This document shows, piece by piece, positions 23,397-33,280 of a stretch of 36,649 nt of DNA (positions are counted from its first letter, which is position 1; each line of letters opens with the position of its first letter). The notes under the pieces were generated by a model. That model was not told the origin of the DNA. It ran no database searches and worked only from the letters and a program-made list of their open reading frames with translations. This DNA comes from a bacterium (GTDB taxonomy: Bacteria > Patescibacteriota > Minisyncoccia > Phycocordibacterales > GCA-002787175), in the NCBI GenBank assembly GCA_030689285.1, contig JAUYJM010000007.1:1-36649 (forward strand). Reading direction: 5' to 3'. The position numbers and the translations under genes are program-made.

Positions 23397-24731
23397 AGAG
23401 TTTGAAAACTCCAATCTTTTTGCCGCGAGCTTTGCCACAACGTTTCCTTCTCTCACCGCGTAATTTGTACCTCTGTCTTCGGGGAAAATTTGAGTGAAAT
23501 TTGAAATGTAAACTCCGGGTATCGGTGTTTCATATGGCAGAATTTTTTCTTCGTATTTGGTGTCCACTATATGCTGTGCATTCTTGAATCGGGAAAAGAT
23601 TTTTTCAACAACATTGTTTTGGTCAAATTGCGGAAAAAGTTTCTCCAGATACGCAAACCATTCTTTCCAAACGTCTTCTTCGGACAACTTCATAAGACGG
23701 TGCGCTTCCGGCACGTAAGCGGCCATATAGTAAACACAGACTCCGCCGTAGTCTTCTTTCGGCACCAGTTTTGTGTGATTTATAAATACCAAAAACGGCG
23801 CTTCCGTGTCGTTTACACTGTGCCAGTAATGTTCTCCTATATCTTGTGTTGAAGAAAAAATCGCGCAAACCGCGGAAAGATAGGGCACGGAGGAAAGTTT
23901 GGTCCTATAAGAAGCGGAAATGTTGACGGAGTCTTGGGTAAGAAAATTGAAAGCGGGAGAAGGGATGGCGGCAATAATCGCGTCAAAATCCTGCCTATCA
24001 TCCCCTACAACCAAGTAAGGCATAGAAAAATTCGCGTCAATTTTTTTGATGTTCGCTTCGGTAACTATTTTTACCCCGTTTTCTCGGAGTTTGCCGCAAA
24101 GAGCGTCAGAGACAACCGCAAAACCGCCTTTAGGATAGACGAGGACTTCTCCCGAAATCCCCTTTGCTCTGGAACGGGCTCGAATGTGTATTCTAGCCCA
24201 AAGCCATGCCATAGAAATAGACGCGTAAAAATTATGAAATTTGGCCTGAAGAAGCGGCCGCCATAAAACTTCCGTCACTTGTCTGCCGGAAAAACGCTCC
24301 ATCCACCTAAGCGCGGCCACTTTTGATAGCGGCCTCCAGTTTTTCTCAAATCGCAGATACATAACTACAAAACCCGCTCGCAACCGACTAAAGAAAGACA
24401 AGGGCTTGTATCTTAAAAGGTCAAGCGCGCCTGTAAAAGGGTAAACTTTTCCGCCAGTGCAAAGGGCGGTAGAGCTTTTTCTGTATTTTAATATATCCGC
24501 GAGACGAAGCTCTTCCACAAGAGACAGTATGTCTGTGTCGGTGGTAAACCAATGGTGGTAAGCGCGTTCAATATTACAGCCGTTTATCTTCGTACCGGAG
24601 GCCAGCCCTCCCAAGGTCTTGCCTTTTTCAAAAAGAGTAACGTCGTAGGACATTTGAGAAAGACGATAAGCGGCCACAAGTCCGGTAAATCCGGCTCCGA
24701 TGACGGCAACTTGTTTGGCATTTTTTCTCAT
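23370..24731 (-). CDS. FAD/NAD(P)-binding oxidoreductase (amine-oxidase / phytoene-desaturase-like fold)
   Basis: N-terminal VAVIGAGFTGLVAAYRL...LFEK....GG dinucleotide-binding motif; 453 aa. Confidence 0.8.
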   Translation of the reverse strand: MRKNAKQVAVIGAGFTGLVAAYRLSQMSYDVTLFEKGKTLGGLASGTKINGCNIERAYHHWFTTDTDILSLVEELRLADILKYRKSSTALCTGGKVYPFTGALDLLRYKPLSFFSRLRAGFVVMYLRFEKNWRPLSKVAALRWMERFSGRQVTEVLWRPLLQAKFHNFYASISMAWLWARIHIRARSRAKGISGEVLVYPKGGFAVVSDALCGKLRENGVKIVTEANIKKIDANFSMPYLVVGDDRQDFDAIIAAIPSPAFNFLTQDSVNISASYRTKLSSVPYLSAVCAIFSSTQDIGEHYWHSVNDTEAPFLVFINHTKLVPKEDYGGVCVYYMAAYVPEAHRLMKLSEEDVWKEWFAYLEKLFPQFDQNNVVEKIFSRFKNAQHIVDTKYEEKILPYETPIPGVYISNFTQIFPEDRGTNYAVREGNVVAKLAAKRLEFSNSLGGFEIKN

Positions 24732-24758
24732 ATCCGATTGGCAAATTTTAGCGCAATA

Positions 24759-25727
24759 TCACGATAAGTTTTTTCTATATATCTTGGATATTATATATAA
24801 AGGCCTTTTTTTCACCTCTGAAAAAATTCTGCCTACATAGCTTCCTATAATACCGATAGAAAGTATCTGCACGCCTCCGATAAAAAATACGCTTATGATA
24901 AGAAGCGTCCAACCCGAAACGGTAATCTCCGGAAAGAAAAACTTCATAAAAAGCGCGTAAAAAATCCCCAGAATACTCAATCCCGCCACCACTGCTCCAA
25001 GCCAAGATACGAGACGCAAAGGAACTACGGAAAAACTGGTTATGGCGTCTATGCTGAATTTAACCATCTTTTTCAATGGATATTTTGTTTCGCCAGACTT
25101 TCTTTCGTTTCTGTCAAAAAGAACTCCTGTTTGGTTAAATCCGGCGTATGACGTAAGTCCGCGCAAAAATCTGTTTGTTTCTTTTATTTCAGACAGCGCG
25201 TTTAAAACTTTTCTGTCCATAAGTCTGAAGTCCCCAGTGTCTGTCGGTATCGGCACCTCGGAAAGAGCGTTTAGAATTCTGTAAAAAGCGAAAGCGGTAA
25301 ATCTTTTAAAGACGCTGTCTTTTCGGCTTCTTCTTTTGGCGTACACCACGTCAAAACCGTCCTCCCATTTTTTCACAAGCAGAAGAGCGACTTCGGGCGG
25401 GTCCTGAAGGTCCGTATCCATTATTATAGCCGCGTCCCCGGAAGAGTGGTTAAGACCCGCCGTAGTCGCCGCTTGATGACCGAAATTTCTGGAAAAATCC
25501 ACCACAAAAACTCTGCCATCTTTTTCTGACAAACCCTTAAGAAGGTGAATGGAATTGTCGCGACTACCGTCATTTACAAAAATAAACTCACTGTCGTATT
25601 TCGGCAAAAGCGACGCGGACACTTTAAGCAACTCTTCAAAAAGGGCTTTTATGTTCCCTTCTTCGTTATAAACAGGCAAAACAAAAGAAATTTTCCTCTT
25701 AGCAGATGCTTTGGGAGAGAAACTCAT
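24759..25727 (-). CDS. GT2 polyprenyl-phosphate glycosyltransferase (GtrB/ArnC/DPM1-like) with C-terminal TM pair
   Basis: ISFVLPVYNEEGNI...VNDGSRDNS...MDTDLQDPPE..., with two C-terminal TM helices. I use the ATG at 25727; the ORF-track start at 25763 is a TTG. Confidence 0.85.
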   Translation of the reverse strand: MSFSPKASAKRKISFVLPVYNEEGNIKALFEELLKVSASLLPKYDSEFIFVNDGSRDNSIHLLKGLSEKDGRVFVVDFSRNFGHQAATTAGLNHSSGDAAIIMDTDLQDPPEVALLLVKKWEDGFDVVYAKRRSRKDSVFKRFTAFAFYRILNALSEVPIPTDTGDFRLMDRKVLNALSEIKETNRFLRGLTSYAGFNQTGVLFDRNERKSGETKYPLKKMVKFSIDAITSFSVVPLRLVSWLGAVVAGLSILGIFYALFMKFFFPEITVSGWTLLIISVFFIGGVQILSIGIIGSYVGRIFSEVKKRPLYIISKIYRKNLS

Positions 25728-25811
25728 CGTATAAAGAGTATCACGCGCCAATGTCAGTTTCAAGCCGCTTGTTGAGAGCTCCGCCAGAATTATGAAAAAA
25801 TTATAGAAAAA

Positions 25812-27797
25812 CTATTCGCCGGGCAACTTGTAAATCTTGATGCCGTTTGCATCATAAACTATCTCAAGGTCAGTGTTTAATTTAGCGGGATCGCGGGCTA
25901 TCGCTTTTTCGCGCTCGCCGAAATACAAATAGTCCAGCTTGTAGGGCAATGTTTTTCCGCTTTTCAAAAAATCTTCGTACCGTCTTACAAAGGCGCTATG
26001 CCTCTCCCCACTCCAGACAGGAAATCCGTAGCCGCGGTTTGTGAAAATCACCCCGGGCTGTTCAGCTCTAAACTGGTCGGCAAAAAGGTAGGATATTCCT
26101 GTTCTGTCTTCATTTTCCGGAATACGACCGCCAGTGGCGAAAAATCTTCCGAACTCCCCCTCCCCAATTCCGTATACCTTGCTTATCTGGAAAAATCTGT
26201 CCGCTATCTCGTCGTTTGCCGCGACCGTGTCATAACCGTCCGGCACGTAAATCTTTTTGTCAGTAAAATGCTTGAGCAAAGTATTTGAGACAAAAGACGG
26301 CGTGCCTATAACGGAGTCCTTCGGCGTGTTCTCGCGTATCCACTCATAGCTCCCAAATTCTTCCGCCAAGATAAAAGCGCCGCCGTTTAGATTTGAAGAT
26401 ATGTACCTTCTTTCTATGTCAACCCCCTTCAGAAAAAGAAATGCTATGGCAAAGACCAAACTCGCCTCCGCAACCTTCTCTGCGTTAAACTTTCCTTTTC
26501 TTGACAAAACCATAAGTCCTAAAACCAAAAGCGCCAAAAAGAACGCTAAAACCAGTGAATAAATTTTAACTTTAGAATTTTCAGTTGTTATGGCTCGCGC
26601 CAGAAAAAAGCCGCTAAAGAATGCAGTTGCCAGTGAAATTTGTAACGGAAGAAGTTTTTCTTTGTACTTTTGAAACAACGCTAAAGCAAGAGCAAAGAAA
26701 GCCATATTTAAAACAAACTGCCTCGGTTTGATCCAATGGTCGGGCTGAGGGTTAAAGCCGGTTACCACTTGAATGTTATAAACGATAAAAACCGGCAAAA
26801 GCAGAGAAACGAGAAAAATCGCCGCGAATTTGTCTTTTTTTCTAAAAAGCCAAAAAAGAAGGGCGGCTAGCGCGGTATGCTGAAAATAAGCGAATAAAAC
26901 TCTCGGGTAGAAAAACGGCTTAAAAGTATGCTCCGGGCCTATACGTATAGAAATGTCTTTGTAGCCAGGCAGACGCGTCAATTCGTAGAAATTGATGAAA
27001 TACGGAACAACCATAAGAGCCGACACCGCGAAAACAACAAGAGCAATTTTTAAAATCTTCTTTTCTTTGAGAAACAAGGACGCAATGACGATAAAAAACA
27101 GCGCGGTGGCGGTATAGACCGCGTAATAAAAATAGACATACAAGAGAAAACCGACCGCGATGCCAGCGAGATAAGGCATCCATCTTTCATTTCTCTTAAA
27201 AGCGCGAACTAAAAGATAAAGCGCCACGAAGAAAAACACCGCAGTAAGCATCGGGTCCTCAAAGCGGTTGAAATACAGGCGATACTGCGGATTGACTAGA
27301 TGGCTGAAAAACCACGCTCTGCCGTAGTCGTCCAAAGGCGGAAAAAAAGAAAGATAGCGCGGCAAGATAAGACTCAAAGAAGCGAAGGCGATTGACAAAA
27401 GCCTTTTTGAAAAAAGTTCGTAAAACAGAAAGTATAAAACCAAAAATGCCATCGCGGGAAAGAAAACGGAAGAAAATATGAAAGCGACGTTTACGCTTCC
27501 AAAAAGTCTAGCCAGAAAACCCAAAATATAATGAGGGGCGGGAGGAGACACGGTCGGAGAACCCTGATATTCATACAAACTTATATCCCCGCTCGCCCTT
27601 CCGGTCAGATACACCTCTTTTGCCCTTGCGATAGTGTGATACTTTTCGTCAATTCCGATTATCGTGGGCGCGTAAATAATATCCGAATTTTTTCCGGCCT
27701 CAATATAAAAAAATAAATGATGAAAGCCGTACAAGACAGCAACCGCTGAAGTCAAAAAAAATATCGCCTTATGTTTTTTGAAAAAAGAATGCGCCAT
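25812..27797 (-). CDS. large polytopic membrane protein, probable GT-C-fold (ArnT/PMT-like) glycosyltransferase
   Basis: 661 aa, at least 12 TM segments, then a ~200-aa soluble C-terminal domain. It lies directly downstream of the polyprenyl-P GT2. Confidence 0.65.
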   Translation of the reverse strand: MAHSFFKKHKAIFFLTSAVAVLYGFHHLFFYIEAGKNSDIIYAPTIIGIDEKYHTIARAKEVYLTGRASGDISLYEYQGSPTVSPPAPHYILGFLARLFGSVNVAFIFSSVFFPAMAFLVLYFLFYELFSKRLLSIAFASLSLILPRYLSFFPPLDDYGRAWFFSHLVNPQYRLYFNRFEDPMLTAVFFFVALYLLVRAFKRNERWMPYLAGIAVGFLLYVYFYYAVYTATALFFIVIASLFLKEKKILKIALVVFAVSALMVVPYFINFYELTRLPGYKDISIRIGPEHTFKPFFYPRVLFAYFQHTALAALLFWLFRKKDKFAAIFLVSLLLPVFIVYNIQVVTGFNPQPDHWIKPRQFVLNMAFFALALALFQKYKEKLLPLQISLATAFFSGFFLARAITTENSKVKIYSLVLAFFLALLVLGLMVLSRKGKFNAEKVAEASLVFAIAFLFLKGVDIERRYISSNLNGGAFILAEEFGSYEWIRENTPKDSVIGTPSFVSNTLLKHFTDKKIYVPDGYDTVAANDEIADRFFQISKVYGIGEGEFGRFFATGGRIPENEDRTGISYLFADQFRAEQPGVIFTNRGYGFPVWSGERHSAFVRRYEDFLKSGKTLPYKLDYLYFGEREKAIARDPAKLNTDLEIVYDANGIKIYKLPGE

Positions 27798-27824
27798 TGG
27801 ACAAGATTAAAAATACATATATCT

Positions 27825-28736
27825 TTACGTATTTTTGTTAAACGGTAAAAACTTTTTAGAAAAAAACCGCCAAAATTCCATAGCTATTTTTCTCTTCTTG
27901 ATTAAAACTCGCCTGCTCCACGGCTTCAACATTAGAAATTTTCTCTTAAAAGCGATCTCGGATGATGTCCATATCCAAATGAATACGGTAAATATATACT
28001 GCGTCACCGGAAAATTACCGTGTTCTATGAGCGTATGAGGGTGGTCTGGATGCCTTTCCAAACGCGAACGGATATCCTGAAAACGTGTATGAAGAACTTT
28101 TGGCACGGAATACATCTTTGCGCTAAGAGCCACTTCAGAAAGAAAAAGCAAGGGACCGTGCATCGTGGCCTTAAAAGGACGTTTCAAGATTTTTTTTAAA
28201 AACGAGGTCCTGTAGAGTCCGAAAAAAAATATAGGACCCTTTTTGCCCCGAAAATGCATCTTGAAGTTGTCTTGGTATGAGGCACTCGTTAGGTCATGCG
28301 TTCTCTCTTCGTCTCTTATAGGAACTCCGTCTTTTACATATCGCATTATGTAGTGGCTCATAGCCACGCCAAAGTCCGGATTAGACTCCAAAGCGTTCGT
28401 AAGTTCCTCAACAAACCTTTTATCCCACCAGTCATCATCGGACACCCACATAAAATACTCGCCTTTCGCTTGTTTTACCACAAATTCATGGTTTGGATTA
28501 CCTCCTATGTTTTGCTTTTGGCGTATATAGCGAATACGGTGGTCGCGATTCGCGTATGTTTCCATTATCTTTTCAGTATCGTCCGAGGAAGCGTTGTCGG
28601 AAACAATAAGTTCAATATTTTTGTAAGTTTGGTTCAAAAGCGCGTCAATCGCTTTAGGTAAAAGTGTCGCCCTGTTATAAGTCGGAAGACCTATGCTTAC
28701 AAGAGCGAGATTTTTTCCTGGAGGTAGCGGCGTCAT
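27825..28736 (-). CDS. GT2 family glycosyltransferase
   Basis: VSIGLPTYNRA...VSDNASSDDT...VSDDDWW motifs. The ATG at 28736 makes an ATGA overlap with the upstream stop. Confidence 0.85.
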   Translation of the reverse strand: MTPLPPGKNLALVSIGLPTYNRATLLPKAIDALLNQTYKNIELIVSDNASSDDTEKIMETYANRDHRIRYIRQKQNIGGNPNHEFVVKQAKGEYFMWVSDDDWWDKRFVEELTNALESNPDFGVAMSHYIMRYVKDGVPIRDEERTHDLTSASYQDNFKMHFRGKKGPIFFFGLYRTSFLKKILKRPFKATMHGPLLFLSEVALSAKMYSVPKVLHTRFQDIRSRLERHPDHPHTLIEHGNFPVTQYIFTVFIWIWTSSEIAFKRKFLMLKPWSRRVLIKKRKIAMEFWRFFSKKFLPFNKNT

Positions 28737-29836
28737 AAAAGTCTGTTGCATTTTAAGGCATCTGCTTGTTTTAATAAGCCGTGGTTTCTTAAGAGCTTTT
28801 CCACAGAAGTGTCAGGCGTCTTCCGAAAAATTTTAGGAGACGCGGGCTTCTCAATTCTCTCATCAAGTTCGGCTTTTCCATTAAACCGAGCCTTGCTTTG
28901 TTCAAACGTAAATTCTTCTTTAAAAGTAGGCGCGAAAACCTGTGGCACTTGTTTTGAAGCGCGATAGAGTTTTCTCAAAAATCGCTGGTAGACGAGCCCA
29001 CGCGAAGAAACCGCGGATGCCTCATAAGCTGTATTTAAACATTCCAAAGAATACTCAAATTGACCGAAAACGCAAGCGAAAAAAGCCAGTTTCTCAAGCA
29101 TAAGAACACGCTTCTTTTTGTTTTTAACGCGCAGAACCGATTTAATATTACGTAAATACAAGGCATCGGTCGCAGTTTGGAAACCCTCGCCTCTCAACCC
29201 TTTGGGATAGCGGAATGGCGAGCAGTCCAAAATATATTTCGTAAATTTTACAAAAAAGAAGCCTTGGTCGGAAAGCAGTTTGCTTACGTCGCCAAACAGT
29301 TTTTGTTTTTTGTATATTTCTTGAAAACTCACCTCTGAAACTACAGCCAACACATTTTCTTTTAAAATCTGAGAGGAAGCTCTTAAGATTTCAAATTCCG
29401 TGCCTTGCGTGTCTAGAGACAAAAAGTCCGGCGGAGGGATTTTCTTATTATTTATAAGAAGTTCATCCATGGTCGTGACTTTTACCTCCATCTTCTCCAT
29501 TGGACTCATTACTTCGCCCAGTATTACGTCCTGTCTCCATTTTCTAAAATAAAAATACCAATTTTTTTTAGATGGCGATATCGCTCGCAGTGAACTTGTA
29601 TATGGGTCGTAGTTTATATTGAAAATTTCTGCGCCATTTTTGCCGCCGACGCATTTTGGCAAAACTATGAGTTTGGACTTCAATTTTTTATTGGCAGAAG
29701 CCATCTGCTCGGCACAGCTTGGGTCGGCATCGTACAGGACGTTTACAAAGTCCCGCTCAAAGCGCGGAAGCAGCGGAAAACTCCTCCTTCCGTCACGGCC
29801 CCCAATGTGGTGAATGACTATATTCTCCGCCTGCAT
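28733..29836 (-). CDS. FkbM-family methyltransferase
   Basis: ...FLSLDTQGTEFEILRAS... is the FkbM-type motif. The ATG at 29836 is preferred over 29860, which abuts the divergent gene's ATG. Confidence 0.7.
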   Translation of the reverse strand: MQAENIVIHHIGGRDGRRSFPLLPRFERDFVNVLYDADPSCAEQMASANKKLKSKLIVLPKCVGGKNGAEIFNINYDPYTSSLRAISPSKKNWYFYFRKWRQDVILGEVMSPMEKMEVKVTTMDELLINNKKIPPPDFLSLDTQGTEFEILRASSQILKENVLAVVSEVSFQEIYKKQKLFGDVSKLLSDQGFFFVKFTKYILDCSPFRYPKGLRGEGFQTATDALYLRNIKSVLRVKNKKKRVLMLEKLAFFACVFGQFEYSLECLNTAYEASAVSSRGLVYQRFLRKLYRASKQVPQVFAPTFKEEFTFEQSKARFNGKAELDERIEKPASPKIFRKTPDTSVEKLLRNHGLLKQADALKCNRLL

Positions 29837-29860
29837 AATGTATGATATTATACACGACAT

Positions 29861-30610
29861 ATGCTTTTGAAAAAGCGTATCAAAAATTACAAAAACCTGA
29901 GAAAATACGGACTTTCGCCTAAAGACGCTCTTCTAGTCATACTAAAGAGCGCTAGAATGGTTACAGCTCCTTTTGACACGGGGGGCAGGAGTATAATCAC
30001 AAACTGGCGAGATGCCAGAGGACTTTATGACCACGAACCCAAAACCCGCAAATGGTTAGAGGGTAAAAAAGGGGTTTTTTACGACATTGGCGCCCATATA
30101 GGCAAGTTTGCTTTTATGGCGGAAAAGCAGGGATTGAAAGTTTACGCTTTTGAACCTCATTTTGAAAATTTCAGAACCTTATGCCACAATGTAATGCTGA
30201 ACGAAAGCGATGTTACGCCTTTTCCGCTGGCGATACTTGGAAAAACCTGTATAAAAAATTTTTCATTGAGTTCTATTTATTCAGGTTCGGCCAATCACGG
30301 CAATAAGCCGGAGAGCAACCGCGCCATTGATTTGGTCGCTTTCTCAATAGACGATTTGGAAAACATTCTGAAACTTCCTCCTCCTGAATATCTGAAAATT
30401 GACGTTGATGGAGCGGAAACGGAAATAATAACAAACAGTTCTCTTCATAGCGTAAAAGAGATTTTGGTTGAGATTGGCTCCAAAACCGCCGAAGAACTCA
30501 TACACAAAAATCTTTCGGTAAATTTTCAACTGTTTGACACTGATGAACTTATCGGAGTTGGCGAACGCGGCGAACAGTATCCAAGAAACGAATTCTGGAA
30601 AAGAAAGTAA
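29861..30610 (+). CDS. FkbM-family methyltransferase
   Basis: FYDIGAHIGKFAFMA...AFEP...YLKIDVDGAETEII. Confidence 0.8.
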   Translation: MLLKKRIKNYKNLRKYGLSPKDALLVILKSARMVTAPFDTGGRSIITNWRDARGLYDHEPKTRKWLEGKKGVFYDIGAHIGKFAFMAEKQGLKVYAFEPHFENFRTLCHNVMLNESDVTPFPLAILGKTCIKNFSLSSIYSGSANHGNKPESNRAIDLVAFSIDDLENILKLPPPEYLKIDVDGAETEIITNSSLHSVKEILVEIGSKTAEELIHKNLSVNFQLFDTDELIGVGERGEQYPRNEFWKRK

Positions 30611-30637
30611 TCTGCGTATTGATTGTAAACTATATTT

Positions 30638-31576
30638 ATGGCCGAAAAAATTCTCATTACAGGCGCCGCCGGATACATAGGTTCGGTTCTCACGCCATAT
30701 CTTTTGGAAAATGGCTACGATGTAATCGCGCTTGATAATTTTATGTTTCGCCAAAACAGCCTTCTTGATTGTTGTAAATATAAAAACTTTGAAATTAAAA
30801 GGGGCGACTGCCGAGACGAGGATGTTCTAAAACCCTTGCTCGCCAAAGCAGACATAATAATTCCTTTGGCGGCTATTGTGGGAGCTCCGCTCTGCGAACA
30901 GAACAAAGAAGCCGCAGAAACCACAAATCTGGGCGCCATAAAGACTCTCTGCCGTCTCGCTCGCAAAAATCAGAGAATTCTTATTCCCATCACCAATAGC
31001 GGATACGGCATAGGCGAGAAAGGGAAATTCTGCACTGAAAATTCCGCCTTGAAACCTATTTCTTTGTACGGTCAAACAAAGGTAGAAGCCGAAAAAGTGG
31101 CGTTATCCCGAGAAAATAGTTTAAGTTTCAGACTGGCAACCGTTTTTGGTATGTCGCAGAGAATGCGAACGGACCTTCTGGTCAACGACTTCGTATATAG
31201 AGCCGTTACGGATAAAGCCGTGGTGATTTTTGAAGGGCATTTCAAGAGAAATTATGTCCATATACAAGACGTGGCCAGGGTTTTTCTACACGGTTTGAAA
31301 AACTTCGGCAAAATGAAGGGTCGGCCCTATAACGTGGGGTTAAGCGACGCAAACCTGTCAAAATTGGAACTGTGTGAAGTTATAAAAAAACACCTGCCAA
31401 AATTTACCTATATGGAAGCGCCTGTCGGAGAGGACCCTGATAAGCGCGACTACATCGTTTCTAACGAAAGAATTGAAAAAACCGGCTTCAAAACCGAGTG
31501 GGACTTAAACCGCGGTGTCACAGAACTCATAAAAGGCTACACGATTATTAAGAACAACCTATATTCTAACGTCTAA
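30638..31576 (+). CDS. NAD-dependent sugar epimerase/dehydratase (SDR)
   Basis: ILITGAAGYIGS Rossmann motif, with YGQTK catalytic Y-x3-K. Confidence 0.85.
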   Translation: MAEKILITGAAGYIGSVLTPYLLENGYDVIALDNFMFRQNSLLDCCKYKNFEIKRGDCRDEDVLKPLLAKADIIIPLAAIVGAPLCEQNKEAAETTNLGAIKTLCRLARKNQRILIPITNSGYGIGEKGKFCTENSALKPISLYGQTKVEAEKVALSRENSLSFRLATVFGMSQRMRTDLLVNDFVYRAVTDKAVVIFEGHFKRNYVHIQDVARVFLHGLKNFGKMKGRPYNVGLSDANLSKLELCEVIKKHLPKFTYMEAPVGEDPDKRDYIVSNERIEKTGFKTEWDLNRGVTELIKGYTIIKNNLYSNV

Positions 31577-31583
31577 CTTTAAA

Positions 31584-32303
31584 ATGCTGAAAGACATTCC
31601 AATAGTTATCCTGTGCGGAGGTTTAGGCACACGTTTAAGGAGACTCATACCGGACCGCCCAAAGGTTCTTGTTCCTTTTCATAAAAAAGTTCTTCTGGAT
31701 ATAACAATGGAACTTTTGCAAAAAAACGGCTTTGAAAAAATCATCTTAAGCGTGGGATTTATGAAAGAACAGGTTAAGGAGCATTGCGAAAAATGCGGTT
31801 ACAAAGTGACTTTTTCCGAAGAAGATACGCCTCTTGGCACCGGAGGCGCCATCAAAAAAGCCCTTGACCGCCATATTAAGACTTCCATTTTTTTCGTTAT
31901 GAACGGCGATATGGTCTTTAATCCGAACTTTAATGACCTTCTTGATTTTCATACGGTGAATGGCGGAATTATGTCACTCTTTGTAACTGGAGGTTATATC
32001 GGAAACGGCGGAACCGTGGTATTTTTAGATAATCAAAACAAGATAATAGACTGGCGCGAAAAGACCGAAAATGACGCTCCCGAAAACATAAGGTTAAATG
32101 CCGGTACTTACATAATGAGCCGTGAAGTATCGGCTTTTTTCCCTCAAAAGAATTCTTTTTCGCTGGAGAATGAGGTTTTTCCAAAAATTTTTAGAGACCG
32201 ATGTTATGGTTTGGAAACAGATATTCAATTGATAGACATAGGAGTACCCGAGAGATACAACTCCGCTTTGAAGATGTCTTCTCAAATTTTAAAGACGATA
32301 TGA
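31584..32303 (+). CDS. sugar-1-phosphate nucleotidyltransferase (HddC-like)
   Basis: ILCGGLGTRLR...PK.L...LGTGGAI are the NTP-transferase motifs. Confidence 0.85.
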   Translation: MLKDIPIVILCGGLGTRLRRLIPDRPKVLVPFHKKVLLDITMELLQKNGFEKIILSVGFMKEQVKEHCEKCGYKVTFSEEDTPLGTGGAIKKALDRHIKTSIFFVMNGDMVFNPNFNDLLDFHTVNGGIMSLFVTGGYIGNGGTVVFLDNQNKIIDWREKTENDAPENIRLNAGTYIMSREVSAFFPQKNSFSLENEVFPKIFRDRCYGLETDIQLIDIGVPERYNSALKMSSQILKTI

Positions 32304-33280
32304 TAATCTCCAGAGCTCCGCTTAGAATAAGTTTTTTTGGCGGTGGCACGGACCACCCCGAATTTTTCCTAAACGAAGGAGGCGCCGTGCTTTCCACCGC
32401 GATAGATAAATACACTTATGTAACGGCCAACAGATTTCTAAGCTATATGTTTGAATATGCCATTCGCCTTTCATACAGCAGTGTAGAACTGGTCAAGAAC
32501 GTCAATGAAATTGAACATCAGATATTCAGAGAATGTCTCAAACGGTGCGGCATAAAGAAAGACTTGGCGCTCCACAGCATTTTTGACACGCACGCGTATA
32601 GCGGCCTCGGCACTTCGTCATCGCTTACGGTCTCCGTGCTCCAAGCTTTGCATTGCTTCAATAATAAGTGGATCTCTCCGCGAGACCTTGCCCGAGAAGC
32701 TATCTATGTTGAAAGAAATATGGTTAAAGACAAAGTCGGTTGCCAAGACCAAATAGCTGCAGCTTATGGCGGATTGAATTTTATTGAGTTTCAAACCGAG
32801 AAGGATTTTGTGGTAAACCGCATTGCTTTATCTCCGAGAAGACTTGCAGAACTGGAATCTTATGTCTTTATTGTCTATACGGGAAAACTTAGAAAAGCGT
32901 CCGAAATAACAGCCCATCAGTTAAAAAAAATAAAAGAAAACACGCAAGCGTTAAAGGATATGAAAAGAATGGCTTACGAAGGCCGAGACATTTTAGTCAA
33001 CAACAAACCACTGAGAAAATTTGGCGAACTTTTGGGTGAAGCGTGGGGAAAAAAGAGGACTTTAGACGGAGGCGTATCAAACTCAGCAATAGACGAAATG
33101 TACGAAAAAGGCCTTAAAGCCGGAGCTTTGGGGGGAAAGCTTCTGGGAGCGGGAGGAGGCGGTTTTCTTTTGTTTTTTGCGGAACACGGACTCCATCCCA
33201 AACTCGCAAAGCTTTTTCAGAAAAAAAACATTTTACCGGTTAAATTAAACGCTCCGGGCGCGCAGATTATCTTTTCATAG
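32300..33280 (+). CDS. GHMP-family sugar kinase (HddA-like)
   Basis: MIISRAPLRISFFGGGTD, GLGTSSS and GAGGGGFLLFF. ATGA overlap with the upstream stop. The ORF-track start at 32201 lies inside the previous gene. Confidence 0.85.
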   Translation: MIISRAPLRISFFGGGTDHPEFFLNEGGAVLSTAIDKYTYVTANRFLSYMFEYAIRLSYSSVELVKNVNEIEHQIFRECLKRCGIKKDLALHSIFDTHAYSGLGTSSSLTVSVLQALHCFNNKWISPRDLAREAIYVERNMVKDKVGCQDQIAAAYGGLNFIEFQTEKDFVVNRIALSPRRLAELESYVFIVYTGKLRKASEITAHQLKKIKENTQALKDMKRMAYEGRDILVNNKPLRKFGELLGEAWGKKRTLDGGVSNSAIDEMYEKGLKAGALGGKLLGAGGGGFLLFFAEHGLHPKLAKLFQKKNILPVKLNAPGAQIIFS

